NCBI GenBank assembly: GCA_965279035.1
Contig: OZ257142.1
Coordinates: 3,072,001 to 3,136,000, forward strand
Reading direction: 5' to 3'
Length of the DNA stretch: 64,000 bases
DNA from: Bacteroidia bacterium
Lineage (GTDB): Bacteria; Bacteroidota; Bacteroidia; M30B66
The notes beneath the pieces are model-generated. The model saw only the letters and a program-made list of their open reading frames with translations. It was not told the origin of the DNA and made no database searches. Every line of letters begins with the position of its first letter. Within the stretch, counting starts at the first letter, position 1. The translations under genes and the position numbers were made by a program. Shown here in pieces: positions 10,270 through 19,705 of this stretch.

Positions 10270-11136
10270 TTAAGAAGTTGTATTTCTGTTGATATTTCCT
10301 GAATTCCAGTTATATATGGTCATAGAAGGATTTTGATTTCTTTGGTTATTCACTTTTTCATATTCAGTAGGTGTTAGCATGCCTAATTCACTGTGTGGTC
10401 GTTCATTATTGTAAAGATCCATTGCCTTTTTTGCCATCTCATTGAGATTGCTTTTGGTTAGATTCCATTGAAGTAAGTACTCGTTTTTTATGATGCCATT
10501 TATTCGTTCAACATAAGCATTTTCTTGTGCTATTGACGCCATACTGATTCGTATTCCTTTGCTTTTTAGCATCTCTTTATGCATCGTGCTGATGTATTGT
10601 GAACCTCGATCAGAATGAAAAATGCAATTATCTAAATCGTGCCCTTTCCTTATTTTAAAGGCTTTTCTAAGTGCTTTGATATTTTCCTCCGCTCTTAAGC
10701 TTGGAGACAGATGTAGAGCTAATAAGCGCCTTGAATAGACATCTTCAATACAGATTCCATAATGATGTGCATGCTCTACATCGAGATAAAATATGTCAGA
10801 TTGCCAAAGCATATTCACATCATTAATCGTTATTCCATTTATCAGATTGTCATATATCTCAACGCGTTGAGACCAAGTCGTTCGTATTGGATTTCTCTTC
10901 TTCTTAACCTTATATCCGTACCTAAAACCAATCCGCTCAAAAGCATCCCTACCTATTGGATGGCGTTGTGGATCCATAAAATAGATCTTTCTACAACCCA
11001 TTTGGCGATGATTATGACGCACTTTTGATATGTAACGAACGATACTTTCTTCCACCTTTAATTGGTCGCGACTTCGTCTTTCACTCTTCCAAAGTGCTTG
11101 CTTACTAAGGCCTGCCACTTCTAACAGACTCTTCAT
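10270..11136 (-). CDS. IS3 transposase OrfB (DDE/rve domain)
   Basis: WQSDI, HSDRGSQY, ENAYVERINGIIKNE and YNNERPHSELG motifs. Confidence 0.95.
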   Translation of the reverse strand: MKSLLEVAGLSKQALWKSERRSRDQLKVEESIVRYISKVRHNHRQMGCRKIYFMDPQRHPIGRDAFERIGFRYGYKVKKKRNPIRTTWSQRVEIYDNLINGITINDVNMLWQSDIFYLDVEHAHHYGICIEDVYSRRLLALHLSPSLRAEENIKALRKAFKIRKGHDLDNCIFHSDRGSQYISTMHKEMLKSKGIRISMASIAQENAYVERINGIIKNEYLLQWNLTKSNLNEMAKKAMDLYNNERPHSELGMLTPTEYEKVNNQRNQNPSMTIYNWNSGNINRNTTS

Positions 11137-11555
11137 TTTGTACCCGTGCTTTTGTCCTTTTGTGGATCGGAACCAGAGTAAGGCTGGTTTAATAAATTTT
11201 TTTTTAAATCAGTTTGGAACTCCTCATTTGCTAACTCAATGACCTTGCTCAATAAATCAAGTTCCATCTGTTTTCGGCCCAATGCGGCTTCCAATTCACG
11301 GATGCGCTGCTCAAGCTCTTTGCTTTTGTATGATTCGCTTTGCTCTTCCACTACTAAGATTTTTCCTCTCTTCAAATATCGACTATATTGATAAATCCAT
11401 CGATAAACTGAAGTTATTGTTACTCCTAGTTCCTGGGCTACTTTAGATACTGAAGCCACTCCGGATTCAATATCCTTAACTGTTTGACGCTTTAATTCTT
11501 CACTAAAAACTCTTCGTGGCCGAATTACTTCTTTGCGATTTAAATGCTTTTTCAT
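11133..11555 (-). CDS. IS3 transposase OrfA (HTH)
   Basis: FSEELKRQTV...VAQELGV...VYRW HTH plus coiled coil; ATGA overlap with orfB. Confidence 0.9.
   Translation of the reverse strand: MKKHLNRKEVIRPRRVFSEELKRQTVKDIESGVASVSKVAQELGVTITSVYRWIYQYSRYLKRGKILVVEEQSESYKSKELEQRIRELEAALGRKQMELDLLSKVIELANEEFQTDLKKNLLNQPYSGSDPQKDKSTGTK
11170..11205 (-). promoter_or_regulatory. Probable -1 programmed frameshift signal of the IS3
   Basis: A9 run (T9 on + strand, 11197-11205) followed by the stem AACCAG/CTGGTT; the -1 frame stays open into orfB. Confidence 0.7.
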
Positions 11556-11603
11556 GTCCCGTTTTTTAAGTTGATTTTGGTCAACCTATTTCAGTCACGG
11601 ACA

Positions 11604-11683
11604 AGAGGTCTTATTACTCTATACTCAGTACTCTATACTAACAACCCAAACTGCTCAATATGATGGTTGAAATGTTTGATGTT
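11604..11683. repeat. Second copy of the paaZ 3' end plus hairpin arm (other arm at 10129-10165, split off by IS3)
   Basis: 11606-11683 matches 12331-12408 with 4 mismatches in 78 nt and encodes [16 protein letters not shown]. Confidence 0.92.
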
Positions 11684-11707
11684 GTCAACAACTATAAAGT
11701 GAATACC

Positions 11708-12050
11708 TCAACTAATCTCTAAACACGCAAGGTCCTTACATTCCATGTTTTCAATAAATTTCCTCACTCCTTCGGCGAAGTCATTTAGTTTCTTAGCGAT
11801 ATTCTGGGAAGAAGTGTTACCTAAGCGAAGCCATATTACTTTAGGAGGATGTCCGTATAATGTGACTAAATCATAGAAGTCAATATCCTATGTTACTATT
11901 ATGAAAGTCATTTTCTTTCGCAAAATTCCATATTTGCCGATCACTTGAATGATGTAATCCAAAGTCTTTCACATGCTTTGATTCTGGAAACTTTTCAGCA
12001 ATCAAGTTTTAAACACGAAAAGAAATGTTTTGATCAAAAAGCAATTTCAC
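11708..12050 (-). pseudogene. DUF5615/PIN-like toxin pseudogene
   Basis: The GTG start overlaps the DUF433 stop. It reads MKLLFDQNISFRV*...DRQIWNFAKEND(frameshift)IIVT*DIDFYD...GHPPKVIWLRLGN, with two stops and a frameshift. Confidence 0.85.
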
Positions 12051-12271
12051 GATGCAATTCTAATTTTATGCTCTCTGTCGGCAGCATATTCAAGAGCTGC
12101 TTTAATATCCTCATCTGTAAGATCAGGGTAGTCTTGTAGTATTTCACTTGAAGACATTCCTGATGCTAACCAACTTAAGATATCATATACAGAAATCCTC
12201 ATGCCTCTAATACAAGGCTTTCCAAATCGAATCTGAGGATCAATGGTAATTATTTCTGAATAATGCTTCAT
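12047..12271 (-). CDS. DUF433 antitoxin
   Basis: ITIDPQIRFGKPCIRGMRISVYDIL...DYPDLTDEDIKAALEYAA. Confidence 0.92.
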   Translation of the reverse strand: MKHYSEIITIDPQIRFGKPCIRGMRISVYDILSWLASGMSSSEILQDYPDLTDEDIKAALEYAADREHKIRIAS

Positions 12272-12301
12272 ACTGATAAAGATAGAAAAATTCAAATGAC
12301 T

Positions 12302-12408
12302 GTATTAAGTACAAAGTATCAAGTACAAAGAGGTCTTAATACTCTATACTCAGTACTCTATACTAACATCCCAAACTGCTCAAAATGATGGTTGAAATGC
12401 TTGATGTT
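12302..12408. repeat. Native copy: 7-bp-periodic imperfect inverted repeat overlapping the paaZ stop, plus the paaZ tail
   Basis: GTATTA AGTACAA AGTATCA AGTACAA AG-AGGT-CT TAATACT CTATACT CAGTACT CTATACT. Confidence 0.85.
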
Positions 12409-14856
12409 AATCAGATCCCATTCAAATTTGTCGAGCATGCCAAAGACCATGTTTTTGGTTTGGGCGTCGGGGTTGGCTTTGAAATAGGCTTCAAATGCAT
12501 CCCAGGATTCGAGGAGTTTGGCTTTAGCCGTTTTGAGGTCGGCGTGGCGGAGTGGTTCGAGGCTATCTGGAGACATAAGCGGATGCTTGAAATCGCGCGG
12601 CATGGCTCTGAAATTATACACCGAATCGTGGAATTTTTCGAGGTGTTCGGCTGGAGTAGAGAATTCAAAATCTTGGATTTCACCAGCGGCAATACGTAAG
12701 GTAAATTCCATGTGCTCTACCATGTGTTGCGGCGTTAATTGGCCCCAAGCAGCAGGTGTGTTTTCCTTTAATTTAGCGAGGAAACCTTCCACATTGGCGC
12801 GGGTAATTTGCACAAATGGCGATTTCTTTTGCACCATGGTCAAAATGGTGGCGATGGCTACAAGCTCGTCGTTTTGATCGAACACCTCTACAAACCATTT
12901 CACAATGCCACATGGAATTTCTTTGCCCACACTGTCGCGCTCAATTTTCTGTTTGCAGGTCAAACGCACGTAAATCGTGTCGTTATGGTAAATAGGGCGC
13001 ACAAAGCGACATTCTTCCAAGCCATAATTCGCAGCCACTGGACCTTTGTTCGGATAAACGAATAATCCCGCAGCAGCCGAAAGAATGAAATAGCCGTGAG
13101 CCGTACGTTTTTCGAAAATGCTGCCTTTAAGGGAAGTAATATCGGTATGCGCATAGAAATGATCCCAGCTTACGTTAGCAAAGCTGATGATATCGGAATC
13201 GGTCACCGTGCGCTTATGCGTTTTGAGCGACATGCCCGGTTGAATGTCTTCCCAATGGTATTTAAACGGATGTTCTGCCGCTTCTTTATAAGCCGCATTC
13301 GGCTGATAAATGCCCGTAATTTCGGTCAACGTAGTTGGACTACCCTGAATAGCACAGCGTTGCATGTAATGCTTAATTCCGCGCACACCGCCCATCTCTT
13401 CGCCCCCACCGGCACGACCTGGTCCGCCGTGCACCAATAATGGAAGCGGAGAACCATGTCCTGTACTTTGTTTCGCATTTTCGCGATTGAGCACGAGGAT
13501 ACGTCCGTGATGCGTAGCCGATTGAATCACATAGTCTTTCGCCAAGTGATCATCATTGGTTACAATAGAAGAAACCAAGGAACCTTTTCCTAAGCGCGCT
13601 AAATCAACGGCTTCGTCGATGGTGCTGTATGGCATCAAGGTAGAAACAGGACCAAAGGCTTCGGTTTCGTGCACACGCATGTTCTCGAACGGCTTTTCTT
13701 CACGCAGTAAAATAGGCGCAATGAAAGCTCCTTTTTCGGCATCGGCACCAATCAATTCGAGGGTATCTACATTTCCATAAACGATAGAAGCGGTTTCGGC
13801 AATTTCGGCTACGCGTTCTTTCACTTCACGCACTTGATCTTTGCTCACCAAAGAACCCATGCGCACTTCTTTCAAGCGTGGATCACCCAAGCTCACTTTA
13901 TCGAGTGCCTTACTGAGTGCTACCTGCACATCGTCCATGTAATTAGCAGGCACAATCAAGCGGCGAATGGCAGTACATTTCTGTCCAGCTTTCACGGTAA
14001 TTTCGGAACGTGCCTGACTGATAAACAAATCGAATTCAGGTGTTCCTGGAGCAGCATCTAGCCCTAAAACAGAGCTATTGAGTGAGTCGGCCTCCATGTT
14101 AAATGGGACAGATTCGGCAATAATGCGTGGATGCGCTTTAAGTTTTCTTCCGGTGGATGCAGAGCCGGTGAAGGTCACTACATCTTGGTCGTTTAGGTGA
14201 TTGAGCATATCGCCCGCTGAACCACAAATAAGTTGCAAAGCACCTTCGGGAAGAATGTTCGACGCAATGATTTCGCGCACGACCGCTTCTGTCAAATAGG
14301 ACGTTGAAGTAGCAGGTTTCACTACTGCAGGCACGCCCGCCATCCAGTTCACCGCACATTTTTCGAGCATCCCCCAAATAGGGAAATTGAAGGCATTGAT
14401 GTGCACCGCCACTCCGCGTTTAGGAACGAGGATATGATGAGCCATAAAGCGTCCACCACGCGAAAGGTCAATCGGATCACCTTCCACATGATAAGGCTGA
14501 TTGGGAAATAATTTACGCAAGGAAGCATTGGCAAACAGGTTCCCAAAACCACCTTCAATATCAATCCAACTATCGACACGCGTTGCCCCGGTACGATAGG
14601 AAATTTCGTAGAACTGTTCCTTGCGTTTGCTCAGGTACAGCGCGAGTTTCTTAATCATGTTCCCACGTTCCTGAAAGGTCATTCGGCGCAGTTTCTCCCC
14701 GCCCTTAGTGCGACCATAATGGAGGATTTCGCCAAAATTCAATCCTTCGGCAGTAGCGTGGCAAATCACTTCACCCGTCACCGAATCGATGAGCGGAACA
14801 CCTTCGCCTTGTCCGTCGGTCCAGTGGCCGTTTACATAATTTTGAAGCTTAGTCAT
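12358..14856 (-). CDS. paaZ: Oxepin-CoA hydrolase/3-oxo-5,6-dehydrosuberyl-CoA semialdehyde dehydrogenase with a C-terminal DinB/DUF1569-like domain
   Basis: ALDH domain (INAFNFP, EADSLN, GQKCTA), MaoC domain (WDHFYAH) and an extra ~150 aa containing QHMVEH...[11 protein letters not shown]. Confidence 0.93.
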   Translation of the reverse strand: MTKLQNYVNGHWTDGQGEGVPLIDSVTGEVICHATAEGLNFGEILHYGRTKGGEKLRRMTFQERGNMIKKLALYLSKRKEQFYEISYRTGATRVDSWIDIEGGFGNLFANASLRKLFPNQPYHVEGDPIDLSRGGRFMAHHILVPKRGVAVHINAFNFPIWGMLEKCAVNWMAGVPAVVKPATSTSYLTEAVVREIIASNILPEGALQLICGSAGDMLNHLNDQDVVTFTGSASTGRKLKAHPRIIAESVPFNMEADSLNSSVLGLDAAPGTPEFDLFISQARSEITVKAGQKCTAIRRLIVPANYMDDVQVALSKALDKVSLGDPRLKEVRMGSLVSKDQVREVKERVAEIAETASIVYGNVDTLELIGADAEKGAFIAPILLREEKPFENMRVHETEAFGPVSTLMPYSTIDEAVDLARLGKGSLVSSIVTNDDHLAKDYVIQSATHHGRILVLNRENAKQSTGHGSPLPLLVHGGPGRAGGGEEMGGVRGIKHYMQRCAIQGSPTTLTEITGIYQPNAAYKEAAEHPFKYHWEDIQPGMSLKTHKRTVTDSDIISFANVSWDHFYAHTDITSLKGSIFEKRTAHGYFILSAAAGLFVYPNKGPVAANYGLEECRFVRPIYHNDTIYVRLTCKQKIERDSVGKEIPCGIVKWFVEVFDQNDELVAIATILTMVQKKSPFVQITRANVEGFLAKLKENTPAAWGQLTPQHMVEHMEFTLRIAAGEIQDFEFSTPAEHLEKFHDSVYNFRAMPRDFKHPLMSPDSLEPLRHADLKTAKAKLLESWDAFEAYFKANPDAQTKNMVFGMLDKFEWDLINIKHFNHHFEQFGMLV

Positions 14857-14927
14857 GGTATCTTTATGCTGTTAAAACCTATTCAAAGAAATGGGTTTAT
14901 TTTATTGTTGACGATTGAACTGTAGGA

Positions 14928-15233
14928 TTAAAAATCAACGTTGAATTTCAATTGACCACCAAAGCCTTCACGAATGATGCGCATAAGTGTTGACAATCGA
15001 ATATCGCTTGCATTGTTTTCAATTCTTGAAATGTAATTTTTTGTAGTGCCACATTTCAGCGCTATTTCTTCCTGTGTAAGGCCTTTTTCTTTCCGTAATT
15101 CTTGAAGTAAAACACCTAATTTAAATACCTCGAATCCCTCTTCTAATTCCTCACGAAGAGCCGTCCCGCGCTTACCATATTGACTCTCAAGATGATCTTC
15201 AAACGAGGTCAAATTATTATTGGCTTTTTTCAT
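14928..15233 (-). CDS. XRE-family HTH protein (HigA-like antitoxin, orphan)
   Basis: LRKEKGLTQEEIALKCGTTKNYISRIEN; no toxin ORF upstream. Confidence 0.8.
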   Translation of the reverse strand: MKKANNNLTSFEDHLESQYGKRGTALREELEEGFEVFKLGVLLQELRKEKGLTQEEIALKCGTTKNYISRIENNASDIRLSTLMRIIREGFGGQLKFNVDF

Positions 15234-15332
15234 GATTGCATTTATTTGAAGGTACAAGCGAAGCAATTTCTAATTTAAATTCAAGGTTTGAAAGCTTTTA
15301 CCGATTGAAACAACATCAAATAGGAAAATTCA

Positions 15333-16538
15333 TCAAGCGCGTTCTATAATGGCCGCGAAGCCTTGTCCAACACCAATACACATGGTGATAAGGGCATAGC
15401 GTTTACCAGTCAATTGTAATTCGAGGGCAGCAGAATAGGCAATGCGCGCACCGGTCACTCCGAGTGGATGTCCAATGGCGATGCTTCCACCGTTTGGATT
15501 TAAGCGAGGATCATTATCGGCAAATCCCCATGCACGTGTACAGGCCAATGCTTGAGCAGCAAAGGCTTCGTTGAGTTCGATGATGTCCATATCGGCCATA
15601 GTCAAACCAGCTTTTGCCAAAGCACGGTTGCTGGCTTCTACCGGACCAATGCCCATGATGCGCGGCTCAACACCTACCACCGCAGAGCTAACAATGCGTG
15701 CTAAGGGTTTTAAACCGTATCGTTTTACGGCTTCTTCGGATGCGATGATGGTCGCTGCAGCGCCATCGTTCAAACCGGAAGCATTACCAGCAGTCACGGT
15801 TCCACCCTCCTTACGAAAGGCTGGACGTAATTTCGCCAAACCTTCGAGGCTTGTAGTAGGTTTTACAAATTCGTCTTTTTCAAAGGATAAAGGATCACCT
15901 TTTCGTTGCGGAATAAGCACAGGAACAATCTCTTTTGCCAAGCGTCCAGAAGACTGAGCAGCAGCGGCTTTTAGTTGACTATTCAATGCAAAAGTATCTT
16001 GGTCTTCGCGTGAGATATGGTATTGATCGACCAAGTTTTCGGCTGTTTCGCCCATGGCATCGGTACCATACAAGTTGTGCATTTTCGGGTTGATGAAACG
16101 CCATCCGAAGCTGGAATCGTACATTTTAGAATCGGTTCCAAAAGCGCTAGAAGGCTTGGAAATAACGAGCGGACCGCGGGTCATGTTTTCTACACCACCA
16201 GCAATAAACACGTGACCATCGCCTGCTTTAATAGCGCGGTTCGCCCCAATGATGGCAGCTAATCCAGAACTACACAAACGATTTACGGTTTCGCCCGGAA
16301 CGGTTACAGGTAAACCCGCTAACAATGCCGCCATTCGCGCCACGTTTCTGTTGTCTTCACCCGCCTGATTGGCACAGCCTAAAATCACATCGTCGTAATC
16401 GGCAGCAGGAATAGCAGGATTGCGTTCCACCACGGTTTTAATCACCAATGCCGCAAGATCGTCGGTACGAACAGCCGATAAGGTTCCTTGATAACTTCCA
16501 ATCGGAGTGCGCACCCCGTCAATGATATATGCTTCCAT
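15333..16538 (-). CDS. paaJ: 3-oxoadipyl-CoA thiolase (PaaJ/PcaF)
   Basis: NRLCSSG, NEAFA, GHPLG and MCIGVGQG thiolase motifs; paa context. Confidence 0.9.
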   Translation of the reverse strand: MEAYIIDGVRTPIGSYQGTLSAVRTDDLAALVIKTVVERNPAIPAADYDDVILGCANQAGEDNRNVARMAALLAGLPVTVPGETVNRLCSSGLAAIIGANRAIKAGDGHVFIAGGVENMTRGPLVISKPSSAFGTDSKMYDSSFGWRFINPKMHNLYGTDAMGETAENLVDQYHISREDQDTFALNSQLKAAAAQSSGRLAKEIVPVLIPQRKGDPLSFEKDEFVKPTTSLEGLAKLRPAFRKEGGTVTAGNASGLNDGAAATIIASEEAVKRYGLKPLARIVSSAVVGVEPRIMGIGPVEASNRALAKAGLTMADMDIIELNEAFAAQALACTRAWGFADNDPRLNPNGGSIAIGHPLGVTGARIAYSAALELQLTGKRYALITMCIGVGQGFAAIIERA

Positions 16539-16569
16539 TTGAATCGCTTGAAATGCCGTTTAGGCGGGG

Positions 16570-16577
16570 CAAAATTA
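16570..16577 (-). promoter_or_regulatory. Bacteroidota -7 promoter element (TAATTTTG) for paaJ
   Basis: Matches TAnnTTTG about 30 nt upstream of the start. Confidence 0.6.
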
Positions 16578-16595
16578 GCAAGATTCCCTTATGGT

Positions 16596-16944
16596 TGATG
16601 TGCTGATTTGAGGATGTTTTGATTTGAAAATTTGAAGATTTGAAAATGTTTTAGGTCTCGTTATAAAAGAACATTGCGTTTTAATAAGTATGTCCTTTTA
16701 GGAATACTAATCATTCAATGAGTATTTAGTAATGGACTATTTTCAAATTAAAAAAAAACTTTTCGTTTACTCAGCCTACGACTAATGCTCAGGCCTCGAA
16801 AAAACTCCAACTTCCCACCTAATAGGTGGGCAAGGAAATTTTCAAATTATATAACCAGCACATTGCTCAATATGCCCTCGATAATTGCTAAGTAAACGAA
16901 ATGAAATCCATCTTCAAATTTTCAAATTCCCTAATTTTCAAATT
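16596..16944. repeat. Degenerate octamer repeats in inverted arrangement (ATTTGAAA-like ... TTTCAAAT-like)
   Basis: GATTTGAAAATTTGAAGATTTGAAAATG at 16621-16648 versus TCTTCAAATTTTCAAATT...TTTTCAAATT at 16911-16944. Confidence 0.6.
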
Positions 16945-17632
16945 AAAAATCCATCTTCTTACCATTCCAAACACCTTCACAACCCATTACCTGAAATCGA
17001 GTAAACAATTCTTCGCTATACCAATTTCGCTGGCGTGATTTGCTAATGACTTTGGCGTGTTCGGGCGATTTATAGGCATATTGTTGCATGGCTTCGAGAT
17101 TACGCCAAATACTGAATGTTGCTTGATAGATTAAGGGTTTTTCACCTAGACCGATACTGAGTAATAAATCTGGTTGATTTTTTAAAATACTTTTTGCGAC
17201 AGATGTATTGAGTAGGAATTCGGGCAATCGTTTGATGCGGATTTTAGCTCGTGTAATAACTGCAATGGGAGAATCGGCATTTGTTTTTAAGGGTGAAATG
17301 GGTTCGAATGGATTGGCACCATTCCATAATCCATGAGTCCGAATGGGCTGGAGAAAGCTGTTCATTTGCTCACTACAACGTTCATTAGCTTCAAGCGCAA
17401 AGGAATTTTCTGTTTGAAACAGCGACCATGCTTCGGTTGATTCCCAAATACCCAAGAATGCATACACACTCCAATTAGGCCAAAGTCCGAATCCTCCATT
17501 ACCGCCGCTACCCATGAGTTTGTAGAATTTCAAGCCTGGGATATTCTTCAGTTTCGCATGCGCTAATTGCATTTGAGCAAATGCCCAGAATTGATTTTTA
17601 GGAGGATATCGAAATAAAGTTAGTGTAGTCAA
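16943..17632 (-). CDS. CrtA-like (spheroidene monooxygenase/carotenoid hydroxylase) protein
   Basis: GLKFYKLMGSG..GF...PNW, HGLWNG, GLGEKP..QATFSIW and WYSEELFTRF. Confidence 0.75.
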   Translation of the reverse strand: MTTLTLFRYPPKNQFWAFAQMQLAHAKLKNIPGLKFYKLMGSGGNGGFGLWPNWSVYAFLGIWESTEAWSLFQTENSFALEANERCSEQMNSFLQPIRTHGLWNGANPFEPISPLKTNADSPIAVITRAKIRIKRLPEFLLNTSVAKSILKNQPDLLLSIGLGEKPLIYQATFSIWRNLEAMQQYAYKSPEHAKVISKSRQRNWYSEELFTRFQVMGCEGVWNGKKMDF

Positions 17633-17839
17633 AAGTTGGGAATTCGACTCCTAAGGAAAATCGTTTATTGTCGAATTATATAGTCAAACCCATGACTGGG
17701 ATGAATGTTTTACTAATCTAAATATTTCAAATAAATATTAATGAATTTTAGATTTATTGGGAAATGTTTTTCAAATAGATTATTGGATTTTACGAGAAAT
17801 AAAATTTAAAGAAGGTTGGTTAATGATAGCAGTGAAATT

Positions 17840-17970
17840 GCGTGAGGGATTGCCTACCTGCAGCAGGCAGGCAGCGGAAATCTTTTGTGAGGCACGAACA
17901 AAAATTGCAGCGTAAAGCCCGGCCCGTCTCGCTTACCGAAGCATATTACGCAAGTAAGAAGGGGCACGCC
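17840..17970 (+). ncRNA. Structured repeat, probably the Flavo-1 RNA motif
   Basis: GCGTGAGGGAT...AGCGGAAATC...TTGCAGCGTAAAGCCCGGCCC...GGGCACGCC; second copy at 19706-19839. The family name is from recollection, not a search. Confidence 0.6.
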
Positions 17971-17991
17971 ATTAATTTTCTAATCAAAAAA

Positions 17992-18060
17992 ACAGCACAT
18001 CATCTCACTATCACACCAGCACATGAAAACAGCACACCAGCACATTAACACATCAGCACA
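17992..18060. repeat. Octamer tandem repeats (nCAGCACA-like)
   Basis: ACAGCACA CCAGCACA TTAACACA TCAGCACA; reverse complement of the 22841-22896 array. Confidence 0.75.
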
Positions 18061-18066
18061 TTGGAA

Positions 18067-18471
18067 TTATTCCCACATCTTCTCCGTACGATACACCGTT
18101 CCTTTGAACAGGGCGACTAAAGTATCTCCGCGCAGAATTTCAACTCGGTAAAAGGAGAAGCGGTTTTTTAGAGATTCTTCTTTGGCGATGGCGATGATTT
18201 TATCACCCACAACAAGCGGTTCGATATGATTGATGGACGTATCGATGCTGAGGGATTGTCGCCCATGGGAATTGGAGGCAAACGCCAAGCAACTATCGGC
18301 AATAGAATAGCTAATGCCGCCATGAGCAATGCCAAAACCGTTGAGCATTTCAGCACGAATTTCCATGGATAATTGGCACTTTCCGTTTGAAATATGATCG
18401 ACCTGAATGCCTAGCCATTGACTGAAAGCATCCTTATTCATCATTTTGGAAATAATTTCTGCTGGTGTCAT
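18067..18471 (-). CDS. paaI: Hydroxyphenylacetyl-CoA thioesterase
   Basis: Hotdog motif LNGFGIAHGGISYSIADS; paa context. Confidence 0.88.
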   Translation of the reverse strand: MTPAEIISKMMNKDAFSQWLGIQVDHISNGKCQLSMEIRAEMLNGFGIAHGGISYSIADSCLAFASNSHGRQSLSIDTSINHIEPLVVGDKIIAIAKEESLKNRFSFYRVEILRGDTLVALFKGTVYRTEKMWE

Positions 18472-18472
18472 G

Positions 18473-19636
18473 TTAGTCGAAAAATGAGGATCCTTCTCGT
18501 TTCATTCTGCGTAACAAAGCGCTGCAACGATAACGGTCTTCGTGGTATTCATTATACAATTCATCGAGTTGATCAACACACCAATCGATACCTTTTTCTT
18601 CGCCCCAGACTAGCAATCCTTTGGGATAATTCACTCCTTTAGTCATTGCCATATCGATATCGTGTGCCGACGCAACATTGAGGAAAAGGGCATCAGCTGC
18701 TTCGTTGATAAGCATAACTAAAATACGATCAGCAATCTCGTCCTGAAGCTCTTTATTGTCTTGCGCTTCGGGCTTTTCGGCACCTTCGCTATAATCGTAA
18801 TAACCACGTCCTGATTTACGCCCGAAAAATCCTGCTTCAGACAAACGTTTTTGCGTGAATGAAGGCTTATAACGTGGATCGAAATAGAAGGATGTGAAGA
18901 CCGATTCGGTGACAGCATAATTCACGTCGTTGCCAATAAAATCCATGAGTTCGAAAGGTCCCATGCGAAATCCGAGCGCTTTCATAGCCTGATCGATGGT
19001 AGCAAAATCGGCAGCTCCTTCTTCGTACAAGCGAATGGCTTCACTGTAAAACGGACGTGCCACACGGTTGACAATGAATCCAGGCGTGTCTTTACACACT
19101 GCCACAGTTTTTTTCCAAGCAGTGATAGTGGAACTTATTTGATCCCGCACTTCGGTGGAAGTTTGCACAGCAGGAATGACTTCAACCAATTGCATAAGTG
19201 GCGCTGGATTGAAGAAGTGAATCCCTATTACGCGATTCGATTTTTTGCAGGATGCTGCAATGGATGCGATGGATAATGAACTGGTATTAGATGCAAGAAT
19301 ACACTCTTCGGAAACGATGCTTTCTAATTCTGAAAATAAATTGCGTTTTACTTCCAAATTCTCCACAATGGCTTCAATTACCAATTGAGCATTTGTCAAG
19401 GCCGACACGGAACTTTCATAAAGAATATTGCCTGCAATTCTTACACTTTCTTCATGGTTAATTTTTCCTTTTTCAACCAATTTAGCAAGCGTTGTTTGCA
19501 GGTTCATTTCTGCTTTTTTCAAAGCTTCAGGAAAGGCATCTACTAATTGAACAGAACAACCGGCAGTTGCGGCTACTTGGGCAATTCCGCTACCCATTGT
19601 TCCTGCTCCTATTACGGCAATATGGTGTAAATCCAT
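18473..19636 (-). CDS. paaH: 3-hydroxyadipyl-CoA dehydrogenase
   Basis: GAGTMGSG, SNTSSLS and GIHFFNP; duplicated C-terminal domain; paa context. Confidence 0.88.
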   Translation of the reverse strand: MDLHHIAVIGAGTMGSGIAQVAATAGCSVQLVDAFPEALKKAEMNLQTTLAKLVEKGKINHEESVRIAGNILYESSVSALTNAQLVIEAIVENLEVKRNLFSELESIVSEECILASNTSSLSIASIAASCKKSNRVIGIHFFNPAPLMQLVEVIPAVQTSTEVRDQISSTITAWKKTVAVCKDTPGFIVNRVARPFYSEAIRLYEEGAADFATIDQAMKALGFRMGPFELMDFIGNDVNYAVTESVFTSFYFDPRYKPSFTQKRLSEAGFFGRKSGRGYYDYSEGAEKPEAQDNKELQDEIADRILVMLINEAADALFLNVASAHDIDMAMTKGVNYPKGLLVWGEEKGIDWCVDQLDELYNEYHEDRYRCSALLRRMKREGSSFFD

Positions 19637-19705
19637 TTTTATTTATTAAACGTCAAACTTAATTATTGAAATGCATTTATAGCATAGCAATTTTTGATTG
19701 AATTA

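Larger units (their letters stand above)
10166..11603 (-). mobile_element. IS3-family insertion sequence, 1438 bp
   Basis: Imperfect terminal IRs TGTCCTTGCCTAAAATAGGTTGAC / TGTCCGTGACTGAAATAGGTTGAC; 3-bp target duplication AGA at 10163-10165 and 11604-11606. Confidence 0.93.

Noticed and set aside
12385-14925. Many short antisense or alternate-frame ORFs over paaZ (likewise over cphA and other long genes)
   Set aside because: These are shadow ORFs of GC-richer genes with no recognisable motifs.
17842-18048. 68-aa ORF
   Set aside because: It is a translation of the Flavo-1-like element and octamer repeats.
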